A DNA stretch of 64,000 nucleotides from Thermoplasmatota archaeon. GTDB taxonomy: Archaea > Thermoplasmatota > E2 > JACPAO01 > JAHFTW01. Position numbers and translations under genes: made by a program. The notes under the pieces were generated by a model. The model was not told where the DNA came from, did not search any database, and saw only the letters and a list, made by a program, of their open reading frames with translations. The stretch lies in the NCBI GenBank assembly GCA_049602735.1, contig JBMYRW010000001.1, forward strand, positions 19,502 to 83,501. Direction: 5' to 3'. Below are positions 1 to 9,200 of the stretch, in pieces (position 1 is the first letter of the stretch; each line of letters starts with the position of its first letter).

Positions 1-2382
1 CACCACGCCTTCAACCTGGACGCGCCGGGCTGGGGCGAGCATTACTGGACGGAGGAGTGCGTCGCCGGCGGCCACGAGTTCCTGGTGGACGTGCTGGGCC
101 TGGAGCCCAAGAGCCTCACCTATGTCGAGTCGGAGTGGGCGGGCGGCGGCAACGCCGGCCCCTGTTTCGAGGTGTTCGCCGGTGGCCTGGAAGTGGCCAC
201 GCTGGTGTTCATGTGCCTCGAGGAAGCGGACGATGGCCCGTTCGACATCAAGGGCGACTCCTACCGCATGATGGACCTCCGGATCATCGACACCGGCTGG
301 GGCCTGGAGCGCCTCGCCTGGGCCAGCCAAGGCACGCCCAGCGCCTACGAGACCGTCTTCCCCGACACCCTCGCCGATCTTCGCGCGCGGGCCACGGTGC
401 CCATCGCGGACGACGCGCGCAGCGGCGAGATCGTCGCCATGCACGCCCGCGTCCAAGGTGTCCTCAACCTGGACGTCGGCATGAAGCTGGACGCCCTACG
501 CCAAGAAGTGGTCGGCCGGCTCGCCGAGCACGGCATCGAGACCACGGTGGAGGAACTGGAGACCATCATGGGCCCCGTCGAGAGCCTCTACGGCCTGGCG
601 GACCACCTGCGCTGCCTCAGCTTCATGGTCGGCGACGGCCTGGTGCCGGGCAACGTCAAGGCCGGCTACCTCATGCGGCTCATGTTCCGCCGCGCCTTCC
701 GCTTCGCCAAGGACCTCGGCATCGAGGCGCCGCTGAGCGAGCTGCTGGCTGCCAACATGGAGCGCATGCTGCCGGAGTTCCCCGAGTTCAAGGCCGGGAT
801 CGGCCGCGCCCGCGAGATGGCGGACCTGGAGTTCGAACGCTACGAGGAGTCCAACGCCCGCGGCCTGCGCCTCGTGGAGCGCGTGCTCCAGAAGTCGAAG
901 TCCATCGACACGGAGCAGCTCCTGGACCTGTACGACACCCACGGCCTGGGCCCCAACACGGTCGCCGACGCAGCGGCCAAGCAGGGCGTCACGGTCACGA
1001 TCCCCGACGACTTCGACATGCTGCTGGCGGAGCGCCACTCCAAGGAGAAGAAGGCGAAGGCCAAGGCGATCGTCGGCGACGCGGCGCCCCCGACGCAGCT
1101 CCTGTTCTACGAAGAACAGGACACCCGCACCTTCGACGCCAAGGTCCTCTGGACCGGCGAAGTGGACGGAAAGCCGGCGGCCGTCCTCGACCGCACGGCG
1201 TTCTTCTGGGAGACCGGTGGCCAACCCGGTGACCAGGGCACCCTCGGCGGCGCCAACGTCATCGGCATGAAGAAGGACGGCGACCACGCCATCCACCTCA
1301 TGGAGGCCCCGCTCGAAGTGGGCGCTACCGTCGCGGGTGAAGTGGACTGGGACCTACGCATGGACCACACCCGCAGCCACACGGCCACCCACATCATGAA
1401 CCAGGCCGTGCGCCGCGTGCTCGGCCCCCATTCCTGGCAGGCGGGCACCCAGAAGTACCCCGACTGCGCCCGCGTGGACATGAGCCACTTCCGCCGCCCC
1501 ACGGCGGATGAACTGCGGGAGATCGAACGCCTGGCCAACTGGGTCGTCATGCAGGGCGCCGGCGTCACCCGGACGTGGTGGCAGCGGACCGAGGCGGAGG
1601 CCCATTACGGCTTCAGCCTGCTCCAGGGTGGCATCCCGAAGGGCAAGGACGTGCGCGTCGTCGAGATCGCGCCCGTCACCCGGCCACCCGCCGACGGCGC
1701 CGGGCCCAACGAGTATGATGCGTTCGACTGGGACGCTCCCTTCGACACAGAGTACTGCGGCGGCACCCACTGCCACACGACCCAACAGGTCGGCCCGATC
1801 AAGCTGTGGCGCACGGAACGCATCCAGGACGGCGTCGAGCGCTTCGAGTACAGCGCCGGCCTCCATGCCGCTGCCCGCTGGCAGAACGACGACGCGCTCC
1901 TTCGCGCCGCTGCCGCCGAACTGGACGTGGCCCCCGCTGAAGTCCCCGCCGCAGCTGCTCGGTTCTTCTCCGAGTGGAAGGAGCAGCGCAAGCTGCTCGA
2001 AGAGGTGCAGAAGCAGCTGGCTGAGCTGAAGGCCCAGGCCGCCGCCGGCGACGCGGAGACCATCGGTGACGTGCGCCTCGTCGTCCAGGCCGACCTGGAC
2101 CCTGGCGCCCTCCAGAAGACCGCCGCCGAACTGGTCGCCGAACCCAAGACCGTCGTCCTCCTCGCCGCACCCAGCGGCGACGGCAAGCCCGTGCGCCTGC
2201 TCTTCGGCCGCTCGGCCGACGTGGATGTCAACATGGGCAATGTCCTGCGCGAAGCGGCCGCCGTCATGGGTGGAAAGGGCGGCGGACGCCCCGACTTCGC
2301 TCAAGGCGCAGGGCCCGACGCGTCCAAGACGAGCGAAGCGCTCGAGAAGGCCCGGTCGGTCGTTTCGGAAGCCCTCTCCTGA
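1..2382 (+). CDS. alaS: alanine--tRNA ligase (archaeal type), 5' end cut by window edge
   Basis: The frame is open from nt 1 (HHAFNLDAPGWGEHYW precedes the listed M at 85). The editing-domain metal motifs HTATHIM and CGGTHC are present. The C-terminal tail GGKGGGRPDFAQGAG is typical of AlaRS. Confidence 0.9.
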   Translation, partial: HHAFNLDAPGWGEHYWTEECVAGGHEFLVDVLGLEPKSLTYVESEWAGGGNAGPCFEVFAGGLEVATLVFMCLEEADDGPFDIKGDSYRMMDLRIIDTGWGLERLAWASQGTPSAYETVFPDTLADLRARATVPIADDARSGEIVAMHARVQGVLNLDVGMKLDALRQEVVGRLAEHGIETTVEELETIMGPVESLYGLADHLRCLSFMVGDGLVPGNVKAGYLMRLMFRRAFRFAKDLGIEAPLSELLAANMERMLPEFPEFKAGIGRAREMADLEFERYEESNARGLRLVERVLQKSKSIDTEQLLDLYDTHGLGPNTVADAAAKQGVTVTIPDDFDMLLAERHSKEKKAKAKAIVGDAAPPTQLLFYEEQDTRTFDAKVLWTGEVDGKPAAVLDRTAFFWETGGQPGDQGTLGGANVIGMKKDGDHAIHLMEAPLEVGATVAGEVDWDLRMDHTRSHTATHIMNQAVRRVLGPHSWQAGTQKYPDCARVDMSHFRRPTADELREIERLANWVVMQGAGVTRTWWQRTEAEAHYGFSLLQGGIPKGKDVRVVEIAPVTRPPADGAGPNEYDAFDWDAPFDTEYCGGTHCHTTQQVGPIKLWRTERIQDGVERFEYSAGLHAAARWQNDDALLRAAAAELDVAPAEVPAAAARFFSEWKEQRKLLEEVQKQLAELKAQAAAGDAETIGDVRLVVQADLDPGALQKTAAELVAEPKTVVLLAAPSGDGKPVRLLFGRSADVDVNMGNVLREAAAVMGGKGGGRPDFAQGAGPDASKTSEALEKARSVVSEALS

Positions 2383-2531
2383 TCTGCCGTGGGGCCAAGC
2401 GCAGCGCGGCCCCACTTGAGCCGCGCTCGAGCGGCGGGCCGGTCGATGGTTTCAGAATCCTTGGCCTGAACCTCGTTGAAGGTAGCTCCTGTGCAGCACG
2501 GTTGATATCCCCCCGGCTCCCTGGGCCCTCC

Positions 2532-4313
2532 ATGCGCGTGGTCTGGGTGGTCGTAGCGTTGGTGTTCTCCGGATGCCTCACAGAGGATGGAACAAGCGAC
2601 GACGCGACCGACGACGGGGCGGCCGGCTTCACGGATACGGCCGTCTTCTCCGGCGACTACGATACCGAAGTGATGCGGACGTTGACGCAGGGTCCTTTCG
2701 GCATCGGAGCCTCCGAGGCGGTCGTTCTTGAGAGCGCGCTGGACGGTGTCGACATCGAGATGCTGGTCGTACGGCCAGACTCGTCGGAGCCGGTGCCGGT
2801 CGTGCTCATCGCCAGCCCCTACTTCTTCCCGTTCGTGGACCTCCAGAACGACCCTGAAGCCTGGATGGTCGCCTGGGAAGAGGACCTTCTCAGTCACGGA
2901 TACGCCTGGGCGTACCTGAGCGTGCGGGGCACGGCCGGCTCGGGAGGCTGCAACGACATGGTCGGCCACGCCGAACGCCACGACATCGACCAGGCGATCA
3001 CCTGGCTTGGTACGCAGGACTGGTCCAATGGCCACGTCGGCATGGTGGGCGGCAGCTACGACGCCAATACGCAGTGGGCAGCGGCCTCCATGGGGAACCC
3101 CTACCTCAAGACCATCGTGCCTCTGGCCGGCGCGCCGAGCAACTACCACGAGTTCGTCCACAACGGTTCCGTCAAGGCGTGGACGCCTGCCCAGTACTTC
3201 GGGTTCTATTGGCTGGTGTACGGCTCGGGCGCCCTGGGCGCTGCGGACGGCCATGACCGGACGCTCGGCCACACTGTCGAACTGGCGACCTGCCCTGGTG
3301 CGGTGGACCATCTGGTCGGTTCCACGGAGACGTTCCTGACCTCCGAGACCGGCTCGACGGGCATATGGGAGGAACGGGACTACCAGGATGAAGTGGTCGC
3401 CAACTACGACGGGAGCATCTTCCTGATCTCAGGCCTCCAGGACATCACGGTCGAGCCCCACGGCGTCTTCCCCTTCATGGACCGCCTGGAGGCGAAGGGT
3501 CTGGCCATCAAGTACCTCGTCGGGCCGTGGGGCCACGAGAACGCGTGGCGGGCCGATCAGGCCGAGATGCTGCTCCGATGGATGGACCGGTGGCTCAAGG
3601 GCGACGAGACGATCGACCTGGGGCCGAAGGCGCTCGCCATGGACACCAACGGCGGCTGGCGCGCGGAGCCCATGTGGCCCCCGGCGGACGCGAATCCGCT
3701 TGCGCTTGGACTGTGCGAGGGAACCCTTTGCCCCGAACCGGCGGGCGGCTCCGCCATGCTGCTGCCGACGGCGCCCACGCAGGACCCGGTGGAGTACGCC
3801 GACCGGTTCAACGGCATCTGGCGCCAATGGGATCAACCGACCGGGACCCTTTGCCCCACCTGCCCCACGTTCACGACGGGCCCGCTCGATGAGCCCCTGG
3901 TGTTCGCCGGCTCGCCGCGACTCCACCTGGCTGTGACGCCACAAGGGCCTGGCGGTCATCTGACGGCGCTCCTGCACCAGGTCGGTGCCGATGGCGTGGC
4001 CGTGCGCGTCGGGCAGGCGATCATGGACCTTCGGTTCCACGACGGCGGCCAAGAGCCGCAAGCCGTGACGCCGGGCTCGGCCCTGGTTGCCAAGATGCAG
4101 TTCCAGCCGCTCGATGTCCATGTCCCCGCCGGCTCTGAGCTGGTCCTTACCATCGAGCAGGGAGGCTACGGGGTCCGCTGGCCGACCCTGCCCACGTACC
4201 CGATCGAACTGGACTACGCCGGCAGCACGTTGGTCTTGGACGTGATCGCCCGGGCTTCTGATGGCTACCACGATGCGCCGGCTCGTGTCGGGCCTGAGGG
4301 GCCGCCTCGCTAG
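2532..4313 (+). CDS. secreted lipoprotein, CocE/NonD (X-Pro dipeptidyl-peptidase S15-like) alpha/beta hydrolase
   Basis: ATG at 2532 gives MRVVWVVVALVFSGC, a signal peptide plus lipobox. The motifs VRGTAGSGGC and GMVGGSYDANTQWAAA (GxSxD/G nucleophile elbow) and the long C-terminal beta domain resemble the CocE/NonD family. Confidence 0.6.
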   Translation: MRVVWVVVALVFSGCLTEDGTSDDATDDGAAGFTDTAVFSGDYDTEVMRTLTQGPFGIGASEAVVLESALDGVDIEMLVVRPDSSEPVPVVLIASPYFFPFVDLQNDPEAWMVAWEEDLLSHGYAWAYLSVRGTAGSGGCNDMVGHAERHDIDQAITWLGTQDWSNGHVGMVGGSYDANTQWAAASMGNPYLKTIVPLAGAPSNYHEFVHNGSVKAWTPAQYFGFYWLVYGSGALGAADGHDRTLGHTVELATCPGAVDHLVGSTETFLTSETGSTGIWEERDYQDEVVANYDGSIFLISGLQDITVEPHGVFPFMDRLEAKGLAIKYLVGPWGHENAWRADQAEMLLRWMDRWLKGDETIDLGPKALAMDTNGGWRAEPMWPPADANPLALGLCEGTLCPEPAGGSAMLLPTAPTQDPVEYADRFNGIWRQWDQPTGTLCPTCPTFTTGPLDEPLVFAGSPRLHLAVTPQGPGGHLTALLHQVGADGVAVRVGQAIMDLRFHDGGQEPQAVTPGSALVAKMQFQPLDVHVPAGSELVLTIEQGGYGVRWPTLPTYPIELDYAGSTLVLDVIARASDGYHDAPARVGPEGPPR

Positions 4314-4939
4314 GCGGGGACTTCCACCTGCTCCGTCCGCTCGACCACGGTGGTCAGCGTCCCCGACACGGTGAACGGTTGCCGTGTTACGTCGATGAAC
4401 GTGCTGCCGCCGTCCTTGGCGCTGGGCCAGACCTGTAGCAGGAGTTGTTGGCCTTCGACGTCGAGCGGTCCGTCGACGGTGAAGCTGCTCGTGTCCTCGC
4501 CGTAGGCAATCTGGGTGCCGTTGGGCGCCTGGATGCTCAGGACCAGGCCGGTCTGCGTGGCGTCGGCGGGGGTCCAATCGATGGTGAGGCTGATCGCTGT
4601 GAGGTCGCCCTCGAAGTCGATGGTCGTCTGGTACGCGGGGTCTTGGACGAGGTGACCGTAGGGGCAACCGGGGAGTTGGCAGACCCAGACGCCTTCGACG
4701 GTGCTGCCCGACCAGTCCACGGGGGTCTCGGCCATCTCGGTCACCGTGATCGTCTCCGTCCGGGTGGGCCCTTCGTCGCCTCCCGCTGCGCCGCTCCCGG
4801 CGCCGTCGCCTGAGGCGGTCGCAGGGGATCCGTCGTCGCTACAGCCTGCCAGCACCAGGGCCAGCGTCACCAGAGCCACCGTCGCCATCCGCACCATCGC
4901 CGCCAAGCGTGCCCTGGGCTCCAAAACGGTTGTGGGCAC
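4310..4939 (-). CDS. hypothetical secreted lipoprotein
   Basis: N-terminal hydrophobic segment with lipobox (LVLAGCSDDG) followed by a Gly/Asp linker. I recognise no family. Its stop overlaps the convergent upstream gene's stop within CTAG at 4310-4313. Confidence 0.5.
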   Translation of the reverse strand: MPTTVLEPRARLAAMVRMATVALVTLALVLAGCSDDGSPATASGDGAGSGAAGGDEGPTRTETITVTEMAETPVDWSGSTVEGVWVCQLPGCPYGHLVQDPAYQTTIDFEGDLTAISLTIDWTPADATQTGLVLSIQAPNGTQIAYGEDTSSFTVDGPLDVEGQQLLLQVWPSAKDGGSTFIDVTRQPFTVSGTLTTVVERTEQVEVPA

Positions 4940-4951
4940 GAAGCGCGCGTT

Positions 4952-6352
4952 TCAGGCGTCAGGGCCGTACGTGGCCAGGTAGCCTTCCATGCGGAGTTTC
5001 TTGCGGGTGCGCTCGCTGCTCATGGTGCGCACCTTGCCGTAGACGTCCCGTTCCTGCCAGCCACGGTCGAAGCGGCCGAACACCCAGGCGATGCCGCTCA
5101 CACTGTTGGGGTCGCGGCCGTCGAGTGCCCACCGGTCGTTGAGGTGGAACGCCAGGCGCCACGCCTCCTCGGGGCCCGGGCTCCATTCCAGGATCCGTTT
5201 GCCCCAGAGCATGCGCAGGTGGTTGTGCAGCATCCCCGTTCGCGTCAGTTGCCGCTGCGCCGCGTTCCAGACCTCGTCGTCGGTCTCCGCCGCCTCCAGC
5301 GTGGCCGCGTCGTAGGTGGTGCGCGGGTCGTCCGCGTGGGCAGCGAGCGTGGCGCGTGCCCATTCGGGCTGGGCGGCGTACGCGGTGTTGTCGGGCCGGT
5401 GGTGGCAGTCGACGAAGCCGAGTTCCCGCCAGGTGACGAGCTGGTCCATGAACGCCTCCGCCGCTTCGCCGAGGCCCCACCAACCCTTGGAGCCGTTGGT
5501 GTTCGTGATGCGGCCGGGGTTCCAGTCCTCGGCGGCCAGGATGCGGCCGGCCACCTCGTGGGCGCCGACGTGCCCGTAGTGGAGGTAGGGACTCAGGCCG
5601 CTCGCGGCATGGGCGTCGGGGTGGCTGGCGTCCAGGTAGCCGTCCAGGCGGGCCACGAAGTCGTCCAGGCACGCCTTTCCCGCCCTGGCGCCGCCTTCCA
5701 GGTCCACTTCCCCCACGGCCTGGTCGCCGTTTCCAGGCGGACGCTGGGCGCCGTCCACCGTCGGCTCGGCCCCGTCGGCACCTTCGCAGGGGCGCGCCGC
5801 GGGCCACCAGAGATGGTCGGCCAGGTTGCGCATGATGAAGCGTCGCAGGTGGACGGCGGCGGGCCAGGTGCGGGGGGTGGCTGCAAGGGGCAGGAGGCCG
5901 TTGCCCTCGACGGCCACGGCGCGGCAGGTCACGCTGGAGGGCAAGCCGGGTCGGCGAAGGGGATGATCGTCGGTGACGAGGAGCGAGGCACCCTTGGTCG
6001 CGGTGGCCAGCAGCTCCGCGAGGGCCTTGGCGGGGGCGAAGACGGCGCGGTGAGGGATGCCGTCCTTGGCCAAGGCGGCCGCGTTGTCCGCCATGCCTTG
6101 TTCGACCCAGGCGTCGAAGCGGGGCGCCGCGTACGGTCGGTCGGTGCGACAGGTCTCCAGCACCCAGAGCCCGACGCCAGCGGCCCGAGCCCGCTGGGCG
6201 GCGTGCTGGAGGGCCGGGTTGCCCGTCATGCGCCGCGCGGTGCGGCACCAGTAGACGACGGGACCGTCCGCTTTGCCCCCTTGGGCGTCGGTCGGCAGCA
6301 CCCGGACACGGATGTCGGGCACGGCGCCGTAGGCCGCCGCGGCTTCAGCCAC
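4952..6352 (-). CDS. phr: deoxyribodipyrimidine photolyase, class II (CPD)
   Basis: The C-terminal block LHNHLRMLWGKRILEWS...LNDRWALDGRDPNSVSGIAWVFGRFDRGWQERDVYGKVRTMS matches the class II CPD photolyase signature region. Confidence 0.85.
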   Translation of the reverse strand: MAEAAAAYGAVPDIRVRVLPTDAQGGKADGPVVYWCRTARRMTGNPALQHAAQRARAAGVGLWVLETCRTDRPYAAPRFDAWVEQGMADNAAALAKDGIPHRAVFAPAKALAELLATATKGASLLVTDDHPLRRPGLPSSVTCRAVAVEGNGLLPLAATPRTWPAAVHLRRFIMRNLADHLWWPAARPCEGADGAEPTVDGAQRPPGNGDQAVGEVDLEGGARAGKACLDDFVARLDGYLDASHPDAHAASGLSPYLHYGHVGAHEVAGRILAAEDWNPGRITNTNGSKGWWGLGEAAEAFMDQLVTWRELGFVDCHHRPDNTAYAAQPEWARATLAAHADDPRTTYDAATLEAAETDDEVWNAAQRQLTRTGMLHNHLRMLWGKRILEWSPGPEEAWRLAFHLNDRWALDGRDPNSVSGIAWVFGRFDRGWQERDVYGKVRTMSSERTRKKLRMEGYLATYGPDA

Positions 6353-7253
6353 GCAGCGTCCACTCCTTCGGGTAGGGCTGCAAATAGGTCTGGCCGGCCA
6401 GCCAGTCCGGCACCGGCGCCCGGCGCACGTGGTGGCGCAGCAGCGTCAAGGGCACCAGGAGCGGCATGACGCCGAGTCGGTAGTCGTCGATCGCTTCCGC
6501 GAGCTCCTGACGGTCCGCGCCGTCCACGTCCCGCTTCAGGTAGCCGGCCGCGTGCTGCAGGGTGTCCACGTGGCGTCCCACCGTCGGCACCTGCCTCATC
6601 ACCTCTGCCGCCCGGTCCCTGTACGCCGCCACGTCGCCGTCGGCCGCCAAACGCCCCAGTTCCCGCGCTCCGGCCGGATCGTGGCTCCGGTAGGTCAGTT
6701 TGTGGTCCCGGTGGAATGTCATGAGGGAAACGCCTGGCGCCACGTCGGCTTCGCGCCATCGCCGCACCCAGAACGCATGGTCGAGGAAGCCCCAGCGCAG
6801 CGGGTCGGCGTGCAGGCGCCCCTCGTCCAGGACGGCGAGCCATGGCCGTTGCCGCAGCAGCTCGGCGGCGAAGAGGCCCGGCTGGTCGAGGGTCGGGTTC
6901 GGGTCGTACCGTTTGGCCAGGGGCCCACAGGAGGGGCTGCCCTTCTTGAGCAGGAAGCCATCGATCTCCGGCAACGCGGCCACGGCGTCACGGCACCAGG
7001 CCACCATGCGTTCCGTCCAGTCCTCGCCGGTCTTGGGGGCCACCATGCGCAGGTCGTCCTTGGGCCCTTCCAGCCGCACGGTGGGTCGCGGGACGCCCAT
7101 GCCGACGTCGGCCTCGGGGCACAGGGGCACCCATTCGGTGCGCGGCCCCAACGTGTCCGTCAGGTACCGGTCGCGCTTGTGGCCGGCGTTCCATCGGACC
7201 TCCTGCCCGAGCAGGCAGCCACTGACGCCGAGACGCAGAACGGCGTCACCCAC
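6345..7253 (-). CDS. DUF523/DUF1722 fusion protein (YbgA-like)
   Basis: The N-terminus GVSGCLLGQEVRWNAGHKRD is DUF523-like and the C-terminal half is DUF1722-like. It overlaps the phr start by 8 nt. Confidence 0.7.
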   Translation of the reverse strand: MGDAVLRLGVSGCLLGQEVRWNAGHKRDRYLTDTLGPRTEWVPLCPEADVGMGVPRPTVRLEGPKDDLRMVAPKTGEDWTERMVAWCRDAVAALPEIDGFLLKKGSPSCGPLAKRYDPNPTLDQPGLFAAELLRQRPWLAVLDEGRLHADPLRWGFLDHAFWVRRWREADVAPGVSLMTFHRDHKLTYRSHDPAGARELGRLAADGDVAAYRDRAAEVMRQVPTVGRHVDTLQHAAGYLKRDVDGADRQELAEAIDDYRLGVMPLLVPLTLLRHHVRRAPVPDWLAGQTYLQPYPKEWTLRG

Positions 7254-8679
7254 GCGCCACGGCCTCCTTGGCGATCGCCTTGGGCATGGCGCGGAAGATC
7301 TGCCGATGGACCGGGTACAGGACGTTCCAGTACGCCCAACCGGGCATCCCGCGCGGCTCGAAGAGCGCCGTCTGGATGAGCGTGCAAGTGGAACCGTCCG
7401 GGCCGGGCACGACCTCGAAGCGCAGCCACGCCTTGCCGGGCACCTTCATCTCGGCCCGCAGCAGGAGCAGGTGCGGCGGCTCGACCGCCTCGACGCGCCA
7501 GAAGTCCACGGCGTCCCCCACGCGCACGGCCTTGCTCGACCGGCGGCCACGACGCAGACCCGGCCCACCCACCATGCGGTCGACGGCGCCACGCACCTGC
7601 CAGGCCCAGTCCCAGGCGAGCCAACCGGTCTTGCCCCCGAGCGACGCGACGACCGCGAAGGCGGCCTCTGGGGGTGCTGCCACCTCGACGCGGCGCGCCT
7701 CCCGTTTGAGGTTGTGCTCGTCGACCATGGAGAACGGCGTGGCGGCCCCCGCGGCCCCGTGGGCGCTGCTCCACCGCGTCGGCACCAGGTCGCCCTCGGT
7801 GCGTGCGATGGCGAGCGCCACGGCCTCCTCGTACGGCATGGGGACCACGTCGGGGAACGCTGACCGGGCGGCCGTCGTGTCGGCGACCAGGTCCTCCCGC
7901 ATGCCGTCGATGACCGGCACGGCGACGCGGTTGGTCACGGGCGTGATGAACTGCACCCACCGCGCCGCGAGCGTCGGGGCGAAGACGGGGACCTTCACGA
8001 TGAGGCGACGGCGCAGGCCGCGCACGCGGGCATACCCTTCCATCATGTCCCGGAACCGGATGGCGCCACTGCCGATGGGGACGACCCCCAGGGGCCCCGT
8101 CTCGAGGGCGCGGGTGAGGTACGTCAGCACGTCACGGATCGCGATGGGGTCCACGCGGTGGTCGACCCAGCGCGGCGTGAGCATCACCGGGAGACGCTCG
8201 GTGAGGTACCGGACGATCTCGAAGCTCGCCGAGCCGCTGCCCACCACGGGGCCGGCCTGGAACTCCGTGAGCGGCAACGCGGCCAGGCGACGGCCCACCT
8301 CGGCGCGGCTGCGCAGGTGCTGGCGGGCCTCACCAGGAGGCTGCAGGCCACCCAGGTACAGCACGTGTCGGACGCCCGCGTCCTTGGCAGCGGCCACGAA
8401 GTTGTCCGCCGCGCGCAGCTCCAGCTCCTCGAACGACTTGGCGTCCCCCATGGAGTGGACCAGGTAGTACGCCGCCTCCATGCCGGCCAGGGCCGGCGCC
8501 AGGCTCGCCGCATCCAACAGGTCGCCCTCCACGACCTCGACGCCTTCCCAACCCTCGCTCTGCTTGGGCACACGGGACGCATCGCGCACCAGGACCCGGA
8601 CGTCATGCCCTTGTGCCACGAGGGTAGGGACCAGGCGGCCGCCGATGTACCCGGTCGCCCCGGTGACAAGCACGCGCAT
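7246..8679 (-). CDS. NAD(P)-binding SDR-family protein with C-terminal DUF2867-like domain
   Basis: Internal ATG at 8679 gives MRVLVTGATGYIGGRLV, a Rossmann TGxxGxxG motif. The C-terminal VGDAVDFWRVEAVEPPHLLLLRAEMKVPGKAWLRFEV is DUF2867-like. The 50 codons upstream in the listed ORF look non-coding. Confidence 0.7.
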   Translation of the reverse strand: MRVLVTGATGYIGGRLVPTLVAQGHDVRVLVRDASRVPKQSEGWEGVEVVEGDLLDAASLAPALAGMEAAYYLVHSMGDAKSFEELELRAADNFVAAAKDAGVRHVLYLGGLQPPGEARQHLRSRAEVGRRLAALPLTEFQAGPVVGSGSASFEIVRYLTERLPVMLTPRWVDHRVDPIAIRDVLTYLTRALETGPLGVVPIGSGAIRFRDMMEGYARVRGLRRRLIVKVPVFAPTLAARWVQFITPVTNRVAVPVIDGMREDLVADTTAARSAFPDVVPMPYEEAVALAIARTEGDLVPTRWSSAHGAAGAATPFSMVDEHNLKREARRVEVAAPPEAAFAVVASLGGKTGWLAWDWAWQVRGAVDRMVGGPGLRRGRRSSKAVRVGDAVDFWRVEAVEPPHLLLLRAEMKVPGKAWLRFEVVPGPDGSTCTLIQTALFEPRGMPGWAYWNVLYPVHRQIFRAMPKAIAKEAVARG

Positions 8680-8701
8680 ACGGATGCATCGACGCCCCGC
8701 C

Positions 8702-9088
8702 TTATGCAGGCTGCGTCGAGGGGCGGGAGGCGACGGCCCAGTAAGGGACGGCCAGCCACGGCAGCGCGGAGAACAGGGGCAGGTGCCACCAGACGCGCAG
8801 GTAGTCCCATCCTTCACCCAGGTAGCCACGAAACAGGATGGCGTCGTAGACCAGGTACGGCAGGCTGAACGCGGCGGCCACCACGAGGGCCGGCCGCCAA
8901 CCGCCCGCCCGGTCGACCTGCCGGGTCAGACCCGGCCCGGCCCAAGCGAGGGCCGCCATCGGCAACAGGTCGACGACGAAGAGCCGGAACCACCACGGCG
9001 TATCCAGGAAGTAACGGGTGCTGGCGCCGGCCAGGAAGAAGGCGAGCCACGCTGTGTTGGCCAACAGGAGGACCGGGAGCCACCGCAC
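8702..9088 (-). CDS. hypothetical multi-pass membrane protein
   Basis: 128 aa with about 4 hydrophobic, Trp/Leu-rich segments. It is the first gene of the same-strand run ending in phr. No family recognised. Confidence 0.45.
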   Translation of the reverse strand: MRWLPVLLLANTAWLAFFLAGASTRYFLDTPWWFRLFVVDLLPMAALAWAGPGLTRQVDRAGGWRPALVVAAAFSLPYLVYDAILFRGYLGEGWDYLRVWWHLPLFSALPWLAVPYWAVASRPSTQPA

Positions 9089-9118
9089 GCGCCAACAGCG
9101 GGAGCGCGCAGCTTGAGG

Positions 9119-9176
9119 TTTTGCACATATTCAAACGGGCCTTTGCACATGCCAACGGCTGGCGGGATGTGCAAAA
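9119..9176. promoter_or_regulatory. three copies of TTTGCACAT (two direct, one inverted) in an AT-richer intergenic spacer; operator and/or sdh terminator hairpin
   Basis: ttTTGCACAT at 9119-9128, TTTGCACAT at 9142-9150 and ATGTGCAAA(a) at 9167-9176. Copies 2 and 3 form a 9-bp perfect inverted repeat with a 16-nt spacer. The region lies 25 nt downstream of the sdhB stop and about 30 nt upstream of the 9088 start. Confidence 0.4.
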
Positions 9177-9200
9177 GGCGAGTCGCCCGGTGCCCTTACC

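Noticed and set aside
8680-8829. N-terminal 50 codons of the listed 527-aa ORF; likewise 16235-16561, 17375-17467, 28773-29117, 46523-47773 and 57074-57517
   Set aside because: The extensions are Cys/Arg/Pro-rich or overlap neighbouring genes. In each case an internal start gives a canonical family N-terminus or a signal peptide.
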